The notes: generated from the sequence alone by a model not told the origin. Shown: positions 51,302-59,850, numbered from the stretch's first letter. The stretch is 63,298 bases of DNA from Actinomycetes bacterium (GCA_014190275.1 BJGE01000004.1:1-63298), one strand, 5' to 3'. Program-made: numbers and translations.

Positions 51302-51735
51302 CGGTCCCCTATTTCCTTGGCAGCTGACTCACTCGGTGACCTTCCGGGCGGCTCACGCAGTTGCAATTCAGCCACATAGGACTGCCAGGCGGCAAGGTCC
51401 GGATCAACTGGTTTCGCGTCGGCTGGTGGGAGCACCGACTGCGTTGCCGAGGAATTTAGGTTTGCAATCCGGTCTTTCCAGCGCGTTGTAAACCCCTTCG
51501 TGATGCTGCCGTCCCTTCGATATCGGTACCAAATCCAGATACAGAAAAGTCCGATTAGCGGCCATTCGAATGCGTAAGCCCAGGCCCGCCAAACCCCTTC
51601 GCCAATTCGCCGAACTTCAATCACCGTGAATACGGCGCACAATATGACCGCTAAGACCATGGGAATATCTAGCTGCCACAGGTTGCGTAAGCGCGAATGC
51701 GCTGGCTTGGACTTCATCTGGCTCGGCTCGCTCAC
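51298..51735 (-). CDS. Hypothetical two-TM membrane protein
   Basis: 145 aa with two hydrophobic helices (IPMVLAVILCAVFTVI and WPLIGLFCIWIWY) and a polar tail. It is packed between the CopD-like gene (4-nt gap) and the HPP gene (4-bp overlap). Confidence 0.45.
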   Translation of the reverse strand: MSEPSQMKSKPAHSRLRNLWQLDIPMVLAVILCAVFTVIEVRRIGEGVWRAWAYAFEWPLIGLFCIWIWYRYRRDGSITKGFTTRWKDRIANLNSSATQSVLPPADAKPVDPDLAAWQSYVAELQLREPPGRSPSESAAKEIGDR

Positions 51736-51739
51736 GTGA

Positions 51740-53230
51740 TCAGCCTGCCACGGCCGAGCTGGTAACTTCTGGTGAACCCGCCCGCGACGACCTGCGCAAC
51801 CACATCATTACAAGAAGGGCTTCGGTCACTGCGATGGTCAGCACCATAGTTTTCCAGCCGACAGGATCGGTGGCCAGCAAATCAATGAGCCACATCACCG
51901 GCGGCCAGCCCAACATGACGATGACAATCCCCGCCATGCTTTGGGAGCCAACCACCGAGGCTGCCCAGATGTAGCCAGCGGCCAGCAACAGCAATGAGCC
52001 AAGAAGTACCCCGAGTTCGGGCCCAAGGAGGGTGCCTAAGATGCCGACACCTGCTACCTCGGCCACCACCACCAGCAACAAAACGGCCGCTAGCTGCTGG
52101 AATCCGCCCAGCCATACCAGCCACCGCCTTCCTAGGAGGTGCCTGGGGGAACGCTGCGGAAAGGACCAGACCAACAGCAGCGGCAGCGCGATGGCCAAAA
52201 GCACCGTTGCCGGCGGCAAAAATTCACCGGTCGTCGTCCGCGCCGGAGTTAGGCCGATGCGTGAGAGTGTGACCGAAACCGCAATAGCCGCCCCCATCAC
52301 CACTAGCTCCAAGGCGGCATAGCGGGCTAATCGTGCACGTGATTGCTGCCCGTCGTTGATGCGCGCCACCACCTTGCTACGTTGCAGCCAGCCAAATCGC
52401 ACCAAGACACCCAGCAAAACCACCTTGGTCAAGACCAGAACTCCGTAGAACGAGCCCACAAATTGGCTCGGGTCGCCAAGATGCAGGGCCGAATTAAGTA
52501 ACCCGCTCTCAGCAACGAAAATCACGCACCAGAGCGCGATAAAGCTAAATCTAGGCAGGATAATTGAACTCAGGTTCGGCTCGATCATTAGTAGAGCGAC
52601 CACCACCACCAGGCCACCGACCCAAATCGAGATCGCGGCGATATGAATACCTAGGCTGATCGACGCCGATACGTTAGCTGCATGCACACCGCCATGGCCC
52701 AATACCGAAGGTGCCGCGGCAGCACTTAACGCGATGATAGCTGTTACCCAACCTCCGGATCGGGATCTCACAAACGTGCACGACATCGCAATAATTGCAA
52801 CGGCGGCAAACTGATAGAGGAACACTCGCCCGATAGAAACGTCAACGAGAAAACTCCACCAGATATTCGGTCGCAATGCCGCGACCGGCGAAGCCGCGAA
52901 GATATCCGAGATGGTCAGTATCAGCAGTGCGGCGAGGCTGACTAGCCAGATCAATGCCCAGGTAGTCGCCCACCGAAGTACTTGGCGGTAGGCAGTACCC
53001 CCGGACACCGGGCCAGGAAGGATAAGCCCAATCACGATGGCACCAACTGTGATTGCGGCGGCGATATCACGCGTAAAATGAGCCACGGGTATCAGCCACA
53101 CGGTCACCAATGGAGTTGATGCCAGGCCGGGAAAGACTTCCACGGCAAAGGCGCCGGCCGTCCAAAGCAGGACTAGAAGTACTGGTACTCCCCACCAGAG
53201 CCGGGCCCCGATGCGCAAACCTGAGTTCAC
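51740..53230 (-). CDS. CopD-family (copper resistance D-like) polytopic membrane protein
   Basis: More than 10 hydrophobic helices. LGIHIAAISIWVGGLVVVVAL is the CopD-type His...W.GG helix. Start taken at GTG 53230, just after the upstream stop; the maximal ORF extends to 53293. Confidence 0.6.
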   Translation of the reverse strand: MNSGLRIGARLWWGVPVLLVLLWTAGAFAVEVFPGLASTPLVTVWLIPVAHFTRDIAAAITVGAIVIGLILPGPVSGGTAYRQVLRWATTWALIWLVSLAALLILTISDIFAASPVAALRPNIWWSFLVDVSIGRVFLYQFAAVAIIAMSCTFVRSRSGGWVTAIIALSAAAAPSVLGHGGVHAANVSASISLGIHIAAISIWVGGLVVVVALLMIEPNLSSIILPRFSFIALWCVIFVAESGLLNSALHLGDPSQFVGSFYGVLVLTKVVLLGVLVRFGWLQRSKVVARINDGQQSRARLARYAALELVVMGAAIAVSVTLSRIGLTPARTTTGEFLPPATVLLAIALPLLLVWSFPQRSPRHLLGRRWLVWLGGFQQLAAVLLLVVVAEVAGVGILGTLLGPELGVLLGSLLLLAAGYIWAASVVGSQSMAGIVIVMLGWPPVMWLIDLLATDPVGWKTMVLTIAVTEALLVMMWLRRSSRAGSPEVTSSAVAG

Positions 53231-53243
53231 TGCCGCCCCGGAC

Positions 53244-53909
53244 TCACTCCTGGAAGGTGCCGAAGGTGGGGCTGTTGGTATTTGGACTGGCATTCATTGT
53301 GGTCGCGAAGAAGGCCCCTAAGAACACCGCGACGCAAACCCACGTCATCCACATGGCAACGAACCGGGCATGTGAATGATCCTCGCGGGTAATGCGCCCC
53401 GCGCGAAATCTACCGATCATTGCCGAGGTTAGGAAGCCGACAACGGACAGGTGCAGCGCGGTTGCGATGCAGAGCCAAAAAGTCGTCGAGGCATAAGCGC
53501 CATCGGTGATGTCAAAGGGGAATGTAGATAGTTGCACGATCTGGCCGATAAATGTCACTAGCGCCACCACCGACGCCAGTATCGAGCCGGTGATGAACTG
53601 GCTGGTACGCCCGGCCCGAATACCGGCGACCGCCCACCACATTGCCAAAGCCGCCACCACCGCGCCGACCCAAATCAACCAGAAGGGCAGCGGGTCGGCC
53701 CAAGTGTCCTTAGGTGGAGCCCAAGCATCATTCACATTCAAGGACCACAAGTAGGCGTAGGCGACCAATAGCGCCAAAGTCCCGGTGGCATCAGAAACTA
53801 TGCACATCCAGATCCCCAGCCGGTTACGGCGTGCGGTGGTGGTAACCGGCTCACCGGTTGTTGCTGACCGCGGCACCAAGGCTTGGGCGTTAGTCGTTAA
53901 CTCGCTCAT
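53244..53909 (-). CDS. Heme-copper oxidase subunit III-like protein (divergent)
   Basis: 221 aa with about 5 TM helices. LGIWMCIVSDATGTLALLVAYAYLW resembles the subunit III opening motif (G.W.F..SE...F). The later subunit III motifs are weakly conserved. Confidence 0.6.
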   Translation of the reverse strand: MSELTTNAQALVPRSATTGEPVTTTARRNRLGIWMCIVSDATGTLALLVAYAYLWSLNVNDAWAPPKDTWADPLPFWLIWVGAVVAALAMWWAVAGIRAGRTSQFITGSILASVVALVTFIGQIVQLSTFPFDITDGAYASTTFWLCIATALHLSVVGFLTSAMIGRFRAGRITREDHSHARFVAMWMTWVCVAVFLGAFFATTMNASPNTNSPTFGTFQE

Positions 53910-55861
53910 CGGGCACCCACCATTGCATCCTGATCCTCATCAGTGAGTTGCTTCTCAATGGTCAGGTACGGATCAGGGACTCCGTAACCATAAGGATCAC
54001 TGGTCACAACCGGAAGTACCGGGAAGTTCTCAAGCGGCACCGGGGTCGCCGTTTGCCATTCCAGGGTTTTGGCGCCCCACGGGTTAGCTGGTGCGATCAC
54101 GTTACTTCTCCATGAGGTGATGACGGCGTACAAGAAGATCAACATCCCGATACCGATGGCGTAGGCACCAATAGTCGATAGCCAGTTTGAAACATCAAAA
54201 GCATTATCAAATTGCAGAACCCGGCGCGGTTGTCCCTGCAGACCCGCCACAAACATCGAACCGAATGTTAGCTGGAAGGCGAAAAACGAAACCCAAAAGC
54301 CGATTGAGCCAATGCGTTCGTTGAGCATCCGCCCGGTCATCTTCGGGAACCAGTAGGCAATTGCACCCATGGCGCCGAAAAGTCCAGCGCCCATCAGCAT
54401 GAAGTGGAAGTGCGCCACCACGAACATACCACCGTGCATGTACTGGTCAACCGGCACATCAGAGAGATATACTCCCGTAATCCCGCCGACGATTTTATTC
54501 CAGATCATGGCGTACACGCACATCATCGGTAATCTGGTCCAGACTTTGCCGCGCCAGATGGTGCCCAGCATCACCAGCACTAAGAAACCGAATGGAATTG
54601 AAATCAACTCGGTTGAGAGCATGAACGGGTATCCAGCAGCCGGCGACCAACCGGTCATATACATATGGTGCACCCAAACAAGTGAACTGATGCCCACCAC
54701 TCCGGCGAACCCAGCGATGGCAATCTTGTAGGAGAACAACGGCTTACGAAGGAATACCACCATTAGTTCCATCAATGCCGCGGTGGCTGGAATAACAATG
54801 ACATAAACCTCAGGGTGACCAAGCAGCCAGAACAGGTTTTCATAAAGCCACACACTTCCGCCATTTTGCGGGATGAAGAATGCCGACCCGAATGCGAAAT
54901 CACTGAGCGCAAGCACCTGCGAATACTGGTACATCGGGAACCACACCAAACCCATGATCGCCGCGGACAAGATGCCAATCACGAAGATCGGTACTCGGTT
55001 CCAGGTCATGCCTCGCGCGCGCATCGTCACGATGGTGGTAATGAGGTTTACCCCGGCGATGCCGGTGGAGAATGCGAAGGTGATGATGCAAATTTGATAA
55101 CCGACCATCCCGACCGGGGCTTGGGTGCCCAGTGGTTGATACACCGTCCAGCCATCGCGAATACCGCCGAGCAGCAAGTTGCTCGCAAGGGGCGGTACCG
55201 CGGCGAATAGCAACCAAAAGCTCAGAGCGTTTAGTCGCGGGAAAGCCATATCGCGGGCCCCGATCATCAACGGCATGATGAAGTTTCCAAGGGGTCCTGC
55301 GACAACGATGATCATCGCGATCACCATCACAATGCCGTGGGTGCCGATTATCGAGTTGTAGAAGTTGGGGTCGAAAACCTCAGCCCACGTGACGCCCAAC
55401 TCGGTCCGGATCAACATGGCCAACAGACCACCGAGCCCAAGGAGAACCATCGCCATGACCAGGTACTGGATTCCGACGACCTTGTGATCTGTGGTGTACT
55501 TCCAGTACTTTCCTCGACCTTGACCCTTACCGGCTAGGTATTGCGCATCGGCGTGGGTCAGGTCATGCCCCAGCCACCAGCGGATCGGCCCGGCAAAAGC
55601 GCCAATGCCAATCATGAAGCCGATAACCCAAGCGGTGTAGGTCGCGGCCACCAACGCACTTTCACCCACCTGTAAAAAATTCGAGTTTTCGGTACCCCAG
55701 GGCACCAGCAGCCCGCCAATTACGTAGGTAACCACCGCAAGTATCAACCCGAGTACGACACCCGTCACGATATTGGTGTGCCGCAGCAAACCACCTGGCT
55801 TGCCATGCTGCTTTGGCTGCGGCACAGCCTGCTGCTCGTGGATTACGGCGGTTATTGTCAT
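53906..55861 (-). CDS. ctaD: Heme-copper oxidase subunit I (A-type, divergent, N-terminally extended)
   Basis: TTDHKVVGIQY, GTHGIVMV (low-spin heme His), GARDMAFPRLNALSFW (D-pathway), WLLGHPEVYVIVIP (CuB His, Glu, cross-link Tyr), VWVHHMY (CuB His pair), VVAHFHFML (heme ligands) and GQPRRV. Confidence 0.9.
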   Translation of the reverse strand: MTITAVIHEQQAVPQPKQHGKPGGLLRHTNIVTGVVLGLILAVVTYVIGGLLVPWGTENSNFLQVGESALVAATYTAWVIGFMIGIGAFAGPIRWWLGHDLTHADAQYLAGKGQGRGKYWKYTTDHKVVGIQYLVMAMVLLGLGGLLAMLIRTELGVTWAEVFDPNFYNSIIGTHGIVMVIAMIIVVAGPLGNFIMPLMIGARDMAFPRLNALSFWLLFAAVPPLASNLLLGGIRDGWTVYQPLGTQAPVGMVGYQICIITFAFSTGIAGVNLITTIVTMRARGMTWNRVPIFVIGILSAAIMGLVWFPMYQYSQVLALSDFAFGSAFFIPQNGGSVWLYENLFWLLGHPEVYVIVIPATAALMELMVVFLRKPLFSYKIAIAGFAGVVGISSLVWVHHMYMTGWSPAAGYPFMLSTELISIPFGFLVLVMLGTIWRGKVWTRLPMMCVYAMIWNKIVGGITGVYLSDVPVDQYMHGGMFVVAHFHFMLMGAGLFGAMGAIAYWFPKMTGRMLNERIGSIGFWVSFFAFQLTFGSMFVAGLQGQPRRVLQFDNAFDVSNWLSTIGAYAIGIGMLIFLYAVITSWRSNVIAPANPWGAKTLEWQTATPVPLENFPVLPVVTSDPYGYGVPDPYLTIEKQLTDEDQDAMVGAR

Positions 55862-56724
55862 ACTGTCCTCTTCCCGCCCATTTCACGGACCCATGAGTCG
55901 AACTGATCTTGGGTAACTACTTGAATTTGCGTCTCCATATAGGCGTGGTGCATACCGCATAATTCAGCGCACCTGATATTAAAGGTTCCGAGTTTATTCG
56001 GGGTCACTCCGGTGTTCGTGATTGCACCGGGGTTGGCATCGATCTTGACACCAAGTTCAACCACCCAAAAACTATGAATTACGTCAACGGAAGTTACATT
56101 GAAGTAGATAGGTGTATCAATGGGAACTACTAGTACGTCACTTGAGATCTTGCCCTGGTCTGGATACTCAAATGTCCAGACCCACTGCTGGCCGGTGACA
56201 TTGATGTCTATCGCCTTGGCGGCATTGGGCTGTTGATTAGACGGAATCGAGCCATATGAGGACGCCGTAATATTTGCTAACGCGAGCAAGCCCCAAATAA
56301 CCAAAAACGCCGCAAGAAGGCTGGTCGCACCGATCCAAAGATAAGTTCCGGTGGCATTTGAGCGGATAGCCGGACTCTCCTGCATCGGCGGTTCATCGCC
56401 GGTTACCCGACCCCAGCCCACGAGACTGTAAACAATAATTGTCAAAGTGATAGCCATCAACGGCGCAGAGACGATCGTGAATACCAAAATGGTCTTCTCG
56501 ATCTCACTCATAACGTCCGAGGCCGGTGCCCCTGACATATTCATGAAGAACACCACGAGCCAACCGATTGGAATTACTAATAGGCAAAAGACCACGAACA
56601 TCGTGAGAATCGGTCGAACGTACGGCCGCGCCAGCCATTCACGCAACCGATGGGTCGCATCGGGGCGATTGGTCGGCTCCTCGGGCTGATCGGCAGGGGC
56701 AGAGCGCTCGTCAACAATTGACAT
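55858..56724 (-). CDS. ctaC: Heme-copper oxidase subunit II with intact CuA site
   Basis: DVIHSFWV and CAELCGMHHAYM (CxExCGxxHxxM) CuA ligands, with three predicted N-terminal helices. Start taken at ATG 56724 overlapping the upstream stop (TGATG); the maximal ORF extends to 56754. Confidence 0.85.
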   Translation of the reverse strand: MSIVDERSAPADQPEEPTNRPDATHRLREWLARPYVRPILTMFVVFCLLVIPIGWLVVFFMNMSGAPASDVMSEIEKTILVFTIVSAPLMAITLTIIVYSLVGWGRVTGDEPPMQESPAIRSNATGTYLWIGATSLLAAFLVIWGLLALANITASSYGSIPSNQQPNAAKAIDINVTGQQWVWTFEYPDQGKISSDVLVVPIDTPIYFNVTSVDVIHSFWVVELGVKIDANPGAITNTGVTPNKLGTFNIRCAELCGMHHAYMETQIQVVTQDQFDSWVREMGGKRTV

Positions 56725-57554
56725 CAGACCACCGTGACCGTTCCGCTCATCCAACCACGTTCACTCATCACGCCGCCGAAGTCCGCATAACCGTTTCCGC
56801 ATGGGTCCTCACAGTTCCAGACGTACTCCCCTGGTCCGCCGGTGATGAAGGAGAAGGTGATCTCCTGGGGTTTCGGGTAGCCATTGGCTTCATCCTTGGC
56901 GTTTGGTGAGACCTCCAGCATTGGCACACTCACGAAGAGGCTGTCTTGGGTGGTTTCTGCGAATTGATGGATGGTGAAAGTGTGGGCAACCTTGTCGGGC
57001 TCGATTTCCTTTTGGGCCTTGCCGTTATAAGTGGCAGTGCCATCAAGGGTGCCATGAACTTTCGCAAAGTAGTTGTTCCAGACGGTGTTGCCGCCGTCGT
57101 ATTGCTTCACCGTGATAGTAATTAGCGAATGAGCAGGCAACTGCAAAGTTGTCGATGGCCAGTAGAACGGCCAGCCGGATGGGGCATTAGCGCTTCTCGG
57201 GTCACCGATCCGCGAGCCCACCGGCACCGGCCCGGGCACCGCACCTGATGAATGCGGGTACACCGAAAGCTCTACGGTGGCGTGGGGTAACTCACCTTGG
57301 GGAGTTGCGGCCGTGCCGATCAACGTCGCTGCCAAGACCGCGGGCTGCTGCTGATTCTTGCCTAGGAAAAGGACGGAGCCCGCAACAACCAGCACCCCGA
57401 TGAGCACCGTGAAAACGGTTAGTAAACCCCGCTTGACCCCTCCCGACAACCTAGCACCCCAACTTTCTGGTCGACAAAGTGGCTTAGACTGTGAAAATAG
57501 CAGGTTTTCATCACAAATTTGCAGATAAGTGAAGTGGTGGTCGGTGATAGTCAA
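56724..57554 (-). CDS. Membrane-anchored cupredoxin-like protein with degenerate CuA-like motif
   Basis: One TM helix (LLTVFTVLIGVLVVAGSVLFL), then a beta-rich domain ending VAHTFTIH ... YVWNCEDPCGNGYADFGGVMSERGWMSGTVTVV. It keeps CxxxCG but has no His at the CuA xxH position. The start is uncertain (TTG 57554 or a downstream TTG). Confidence 0.55.
   Translation of the reverse strand: MTITDHHFTYLQICDENLLFSQSKPLCRPESWGARLSGGVKRGLLTVFTVLIGVLVVAGSVLFLGKNQQQPAVLAATLIGTAATPQGELPHATVELSVYPHSSGAVPGPVPVGSRIGDPRSANAPSGWPFYWPSTTLQLPAHSLITITVKQYDGGNTVWNNYFAKVHGTLDGTATYNGKAQKEIEPDKVAHTFTIHQFAETTQDSLFVSVPMLEVSPNAKDEANGYPKPQEITFSFITGGPGEYVWNCEDPCGNGYADFGGVMSERGWMSGTVTVV
57491..57514. promoter_or_regulatory. 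AT-rich imperfect inverted repeat in the divergent oxidase/ctaG promoter region
   Basis: GTGAAAA-tagcagg-TTTTCAtCAC. The arms TGAAAA (57492-57497) and TTTTCA (57505-57510) have a 7-nt spacer. It lies between the divergent starts of the cupredoxin gene and the CtaG-like gene. Confidence 0.3.
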
Positions 57555-58397
57555 GTGAACGATGCCATCTGGCCATTCTTGGGCGTCTGGAGCCTGGACC
57601 TATTCATCGCGGTCAACCTCGCCGGTGCCGCCATTTGGTACCTCTGGGCGGTAAATCGGGTTAAGAAGCACGGCCGCTGGCCCGGTTGGATGACCACCTG
57701 CTTTCTGCTCGGAATTGCCCTACTTGCACTGGCTTATCTCGGCCCAATGTCGGCCTGGTCCCACACCTTCTTTTGGGTGCATATGACCCAGCATCTAATC
57801 GTCATGATGGCAGCGGCCCCCCTGCTCGTTCTCGGTTCGCCAGTTACTTTGGCCTTCTTGGCCAGTAGCCCGGCGACTCGACGCCGCTGGGCCCTGCCAA
57901 TTTTGCGAAGTAGAGTCGTTCGAATATTGACAAATCCGATCATCACCTGGGTATTTTTTGCAGCGGTGCTACTCGGCCTGCACTTCACTCCATTCTACAA
58001 CTGGGCCTTGACAAACCACGATGCTGATCAATTCATTGAGCAACCGCTCTATCTCATTGCGGCTTTTCTCTTCTATTTCCCGTTGATCGGCTCTAACCTG
58101 CAGCCCCGCCGGCCGGCACCGGCGATGCGTCTGCTTTCAATGGCGCTGATGATGGTGCCCGAGAGCATTGTCGGTGCTGTCATCTATTTTGCCTCAGTGG
58201 TGCTGTACCCGGCGTTTCCCCTCGAACGCCCATTTGGGCCAGACCCAATGGGCGACCAACAACTAGCCGGGGCCCTAATGTGGGCACTTGTGATGGTTGT
58301 TGATTCTTTTTGGATAATGCTCGCAGCGGTTGAATGGTTCAACAGTGAGGAGCGAAGCGGTCGGCGCATCGACGCCGAAATCGCCGCTGGAACTTAA
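57555..58397 (+). CDS. ctaG: Cytochrome c oxidase assembly protein (Caa3_CtaG family)
   Basis: Polytopic protein with HMTQHLIVMMAAAPLLVLG and the conserved late helices typical of the Bacillus-type CtaG family. Start taken at GTG 57555; the maximal ORF starts at 57519. Confidence 0.65.
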   Translation: MNDAIWPFLGVWSLDLFIAVNLAGAAIWYLWAVNRVKKHGRWPGWMTTCFLLGIALLALAYLGPMSAWSHTFFWVHMTQHLIVMMAAAPLLVLGSPVTLAFLASSPATRRRWALPILRSRVVRILTNPIITWVFFAAVLLGLHFTPFYNWALTNHDADQFIEQPLYLIAAFLFYFPLIGSNLQPRRPAPAMRLLSMALMMVPESIVGAVIYFASVVLYPAFPLERPFGPDPMGDQQLAGALMWALVMVVDSFWIMLAAVEWFNSEERSGRRIDAEIAAGT

Positions 58398-59167
58398 TTA
58401 GGCGCACCCTGCGCTAGCGCTGGGTTACCAAAGATTTCTGGGATGGACTGGACGCTAAATCGGTCGAACGGCCAGATAGTCAGCACCGTTTGGCCAACAG
58501 CCGCATCTTGCGGAACACCGCCGTTGTTGACGTCGAGGTGGTAGCGCGAATCCCTCGAATTACCGCGGTTATCCCCCATCATGAACATTGAGTCGCCCGG
58601 CACCACGATGTCAAAACGCACCTGATCGGTTGGTCCCGTTACATAGGACTCATCAAGTGGCACCCCATTGAGCACGATGCGCCCTTGCTCGTCACAGCAC
58701 GCAATTCGGTCGCCGGCAATTCCTATTGCTCTCTTGACAAGATCTTGGCCACTGTCACTTGGTACCAGGCCGATGAACGTCAACGCGGCCCGCAAGTAGC
58801 TTCGCACGCCCGGGGACGATGACTCGGGGTCCGGCAGCCAGCCACCGGGGTCGCGGAAGACCAGGATTTCACCGCGTTGGACACCTGAAATTCGAGTGCT
58901 GATTTTAGCCGCCAGGATGCGGTCATTGGGCAGCAAGGTTTCTTCCATCGACGCACTTGGCACATAGAAGGCTTGAATCAAGAAAGCACGTACCAGGGCC
59001 GAGAGCACGAGGGCTGAAACAACAATGATGGCCGATTCCCGAAGGAAGTGGAGGGCACCGCCCTTTGACTCCTTCGACTCCTTTTGCCCACCTTTACGGT
59101 GCCGCCCACCTGCCACCGGTTCCGGTGCCCGCTGGGTGCTGTCGTCATCGCGCGCTGAGACCGCCAT
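58394..59167 (-). CDS. lepB: Signal peptidase I (copy 2)
   Basis: PSASMEETLLPNDRI (catalytic Ser box), VKRAIG (Lys box) and GDNRGNSRDSRYH motifs. Confidence 0.85.
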   Translation of the reverse strand: MAVSARDDDSTQRAPEPVAGGRHRKGGQKESKESKGGALHFLRESAIIVVSALVLSALVRAFLIQAFYVPSASMEETLLPNDRILAAKISTRISGVQRGEILVFRDPGGWLPDPESSSPGVRSYLRAALTFIGLVPSDSGQDLVKRAIGIAGDRIACCDEQGRIVLNGVPLDESYVTGPTDQVRFDIVVPGDSMFMMGDNRGNSRDSRYHLDVNNGGVPQDAAVGQTVLTIWPFDRFSVQSIPEIFGNPALAQGAPN

Positions 59168-59850
59168 CAGTTAGCCGCACTCGGTGCCGTGACCTGTGCG
59201 AAGGTCTGCGGAATAGGGATGGATTGGATCCTGTTGAGGGGCCAAAGGACATTCATCACTCGACCCACGACCCGACTTTGTGGCACCATGCCACCGCCTG
59301 GATCGCCAAGGTGGTAACGCGAGTCCGCACTGTTCGATCGGTGATCCCCCAGCAACCACAACTTGCCTTCTGTCACAACAACATCAAAGTTCATGTCACT
59401 TGGTGCGTCCCCTGCAAACACATAAGAATTCTCATCAAGTGGAAAGTCGTTAACGGTGATACGACCCTCGCCGTCACAACAGACCACATGATCACCAGCT
59501 ACCCCGATGACCCGCTTGACGAAATCCGTGCTATCGGGTGGCACCACACCTATCGACTGGCCCAGCCAAGAAATTGCTCCGGTGATTGGATCCCGTTTGG
59601 GAATATCACCGGCTTCAACGAACGAGTCGGTGCCGTCAAAAACCAGGACATCTCCACGTTCAATGGGTCGCAATCGGTAAGTAATCTTGTTGACCAATAC
59701 CCGATCGCCCACCTGCAAGGTGTCTTCCATGGATCCAGAAGGGATTGAGAATGGCCTCGCGACGAATGTGGTGATAAGTAGAACTACTCCGAAAGCAATA
59801 ATGAAAGTAAGTGGTAGATCCCACCAAGCACCGCTTCGCCTCTTGGCCAT
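59167..59850 (-). CDS. lepB: Signal peptidase I (copy 1)
   Basis: PSGSMEDTLQVGDRV, VKRVIG and GDHRSNSADSRYH motifs. Its stop overlaps the start of copy 2 by 1 nt. Confidence 0.85.
   Translation of the reverse strand: MAKRRSGAWWDLPLTFIIAFGVVLLITTFVARPFSIPSGSMEDTLQVGDRVLVNKITYRLRPIERGDVLVFDGTDSFVEAGDIPKRDPITGAISWLGQSIGVVPPDSTDFVKRVIGVAGDHVVCCDGEGRITVNDFPLDENSYVFAGDAPSDMNFDVVVTEGKLWLLGDHRSNSADSRYHLGDPGGGMVPQSRVVGRVMNVLWPLNRIQSIPIPQTFAQVTAPSAAN

Noticed and set aside
57491-57514. CRP/FNR-like TGTGA...TCACA half-sites in the oxidase/ctaG divergent region.
   Set aside because: The GTGA and TCAC halves are 16 nt apart, against the 6 nt of the CRP/FNR consensus. I kept it only as a generic inverted repeat.
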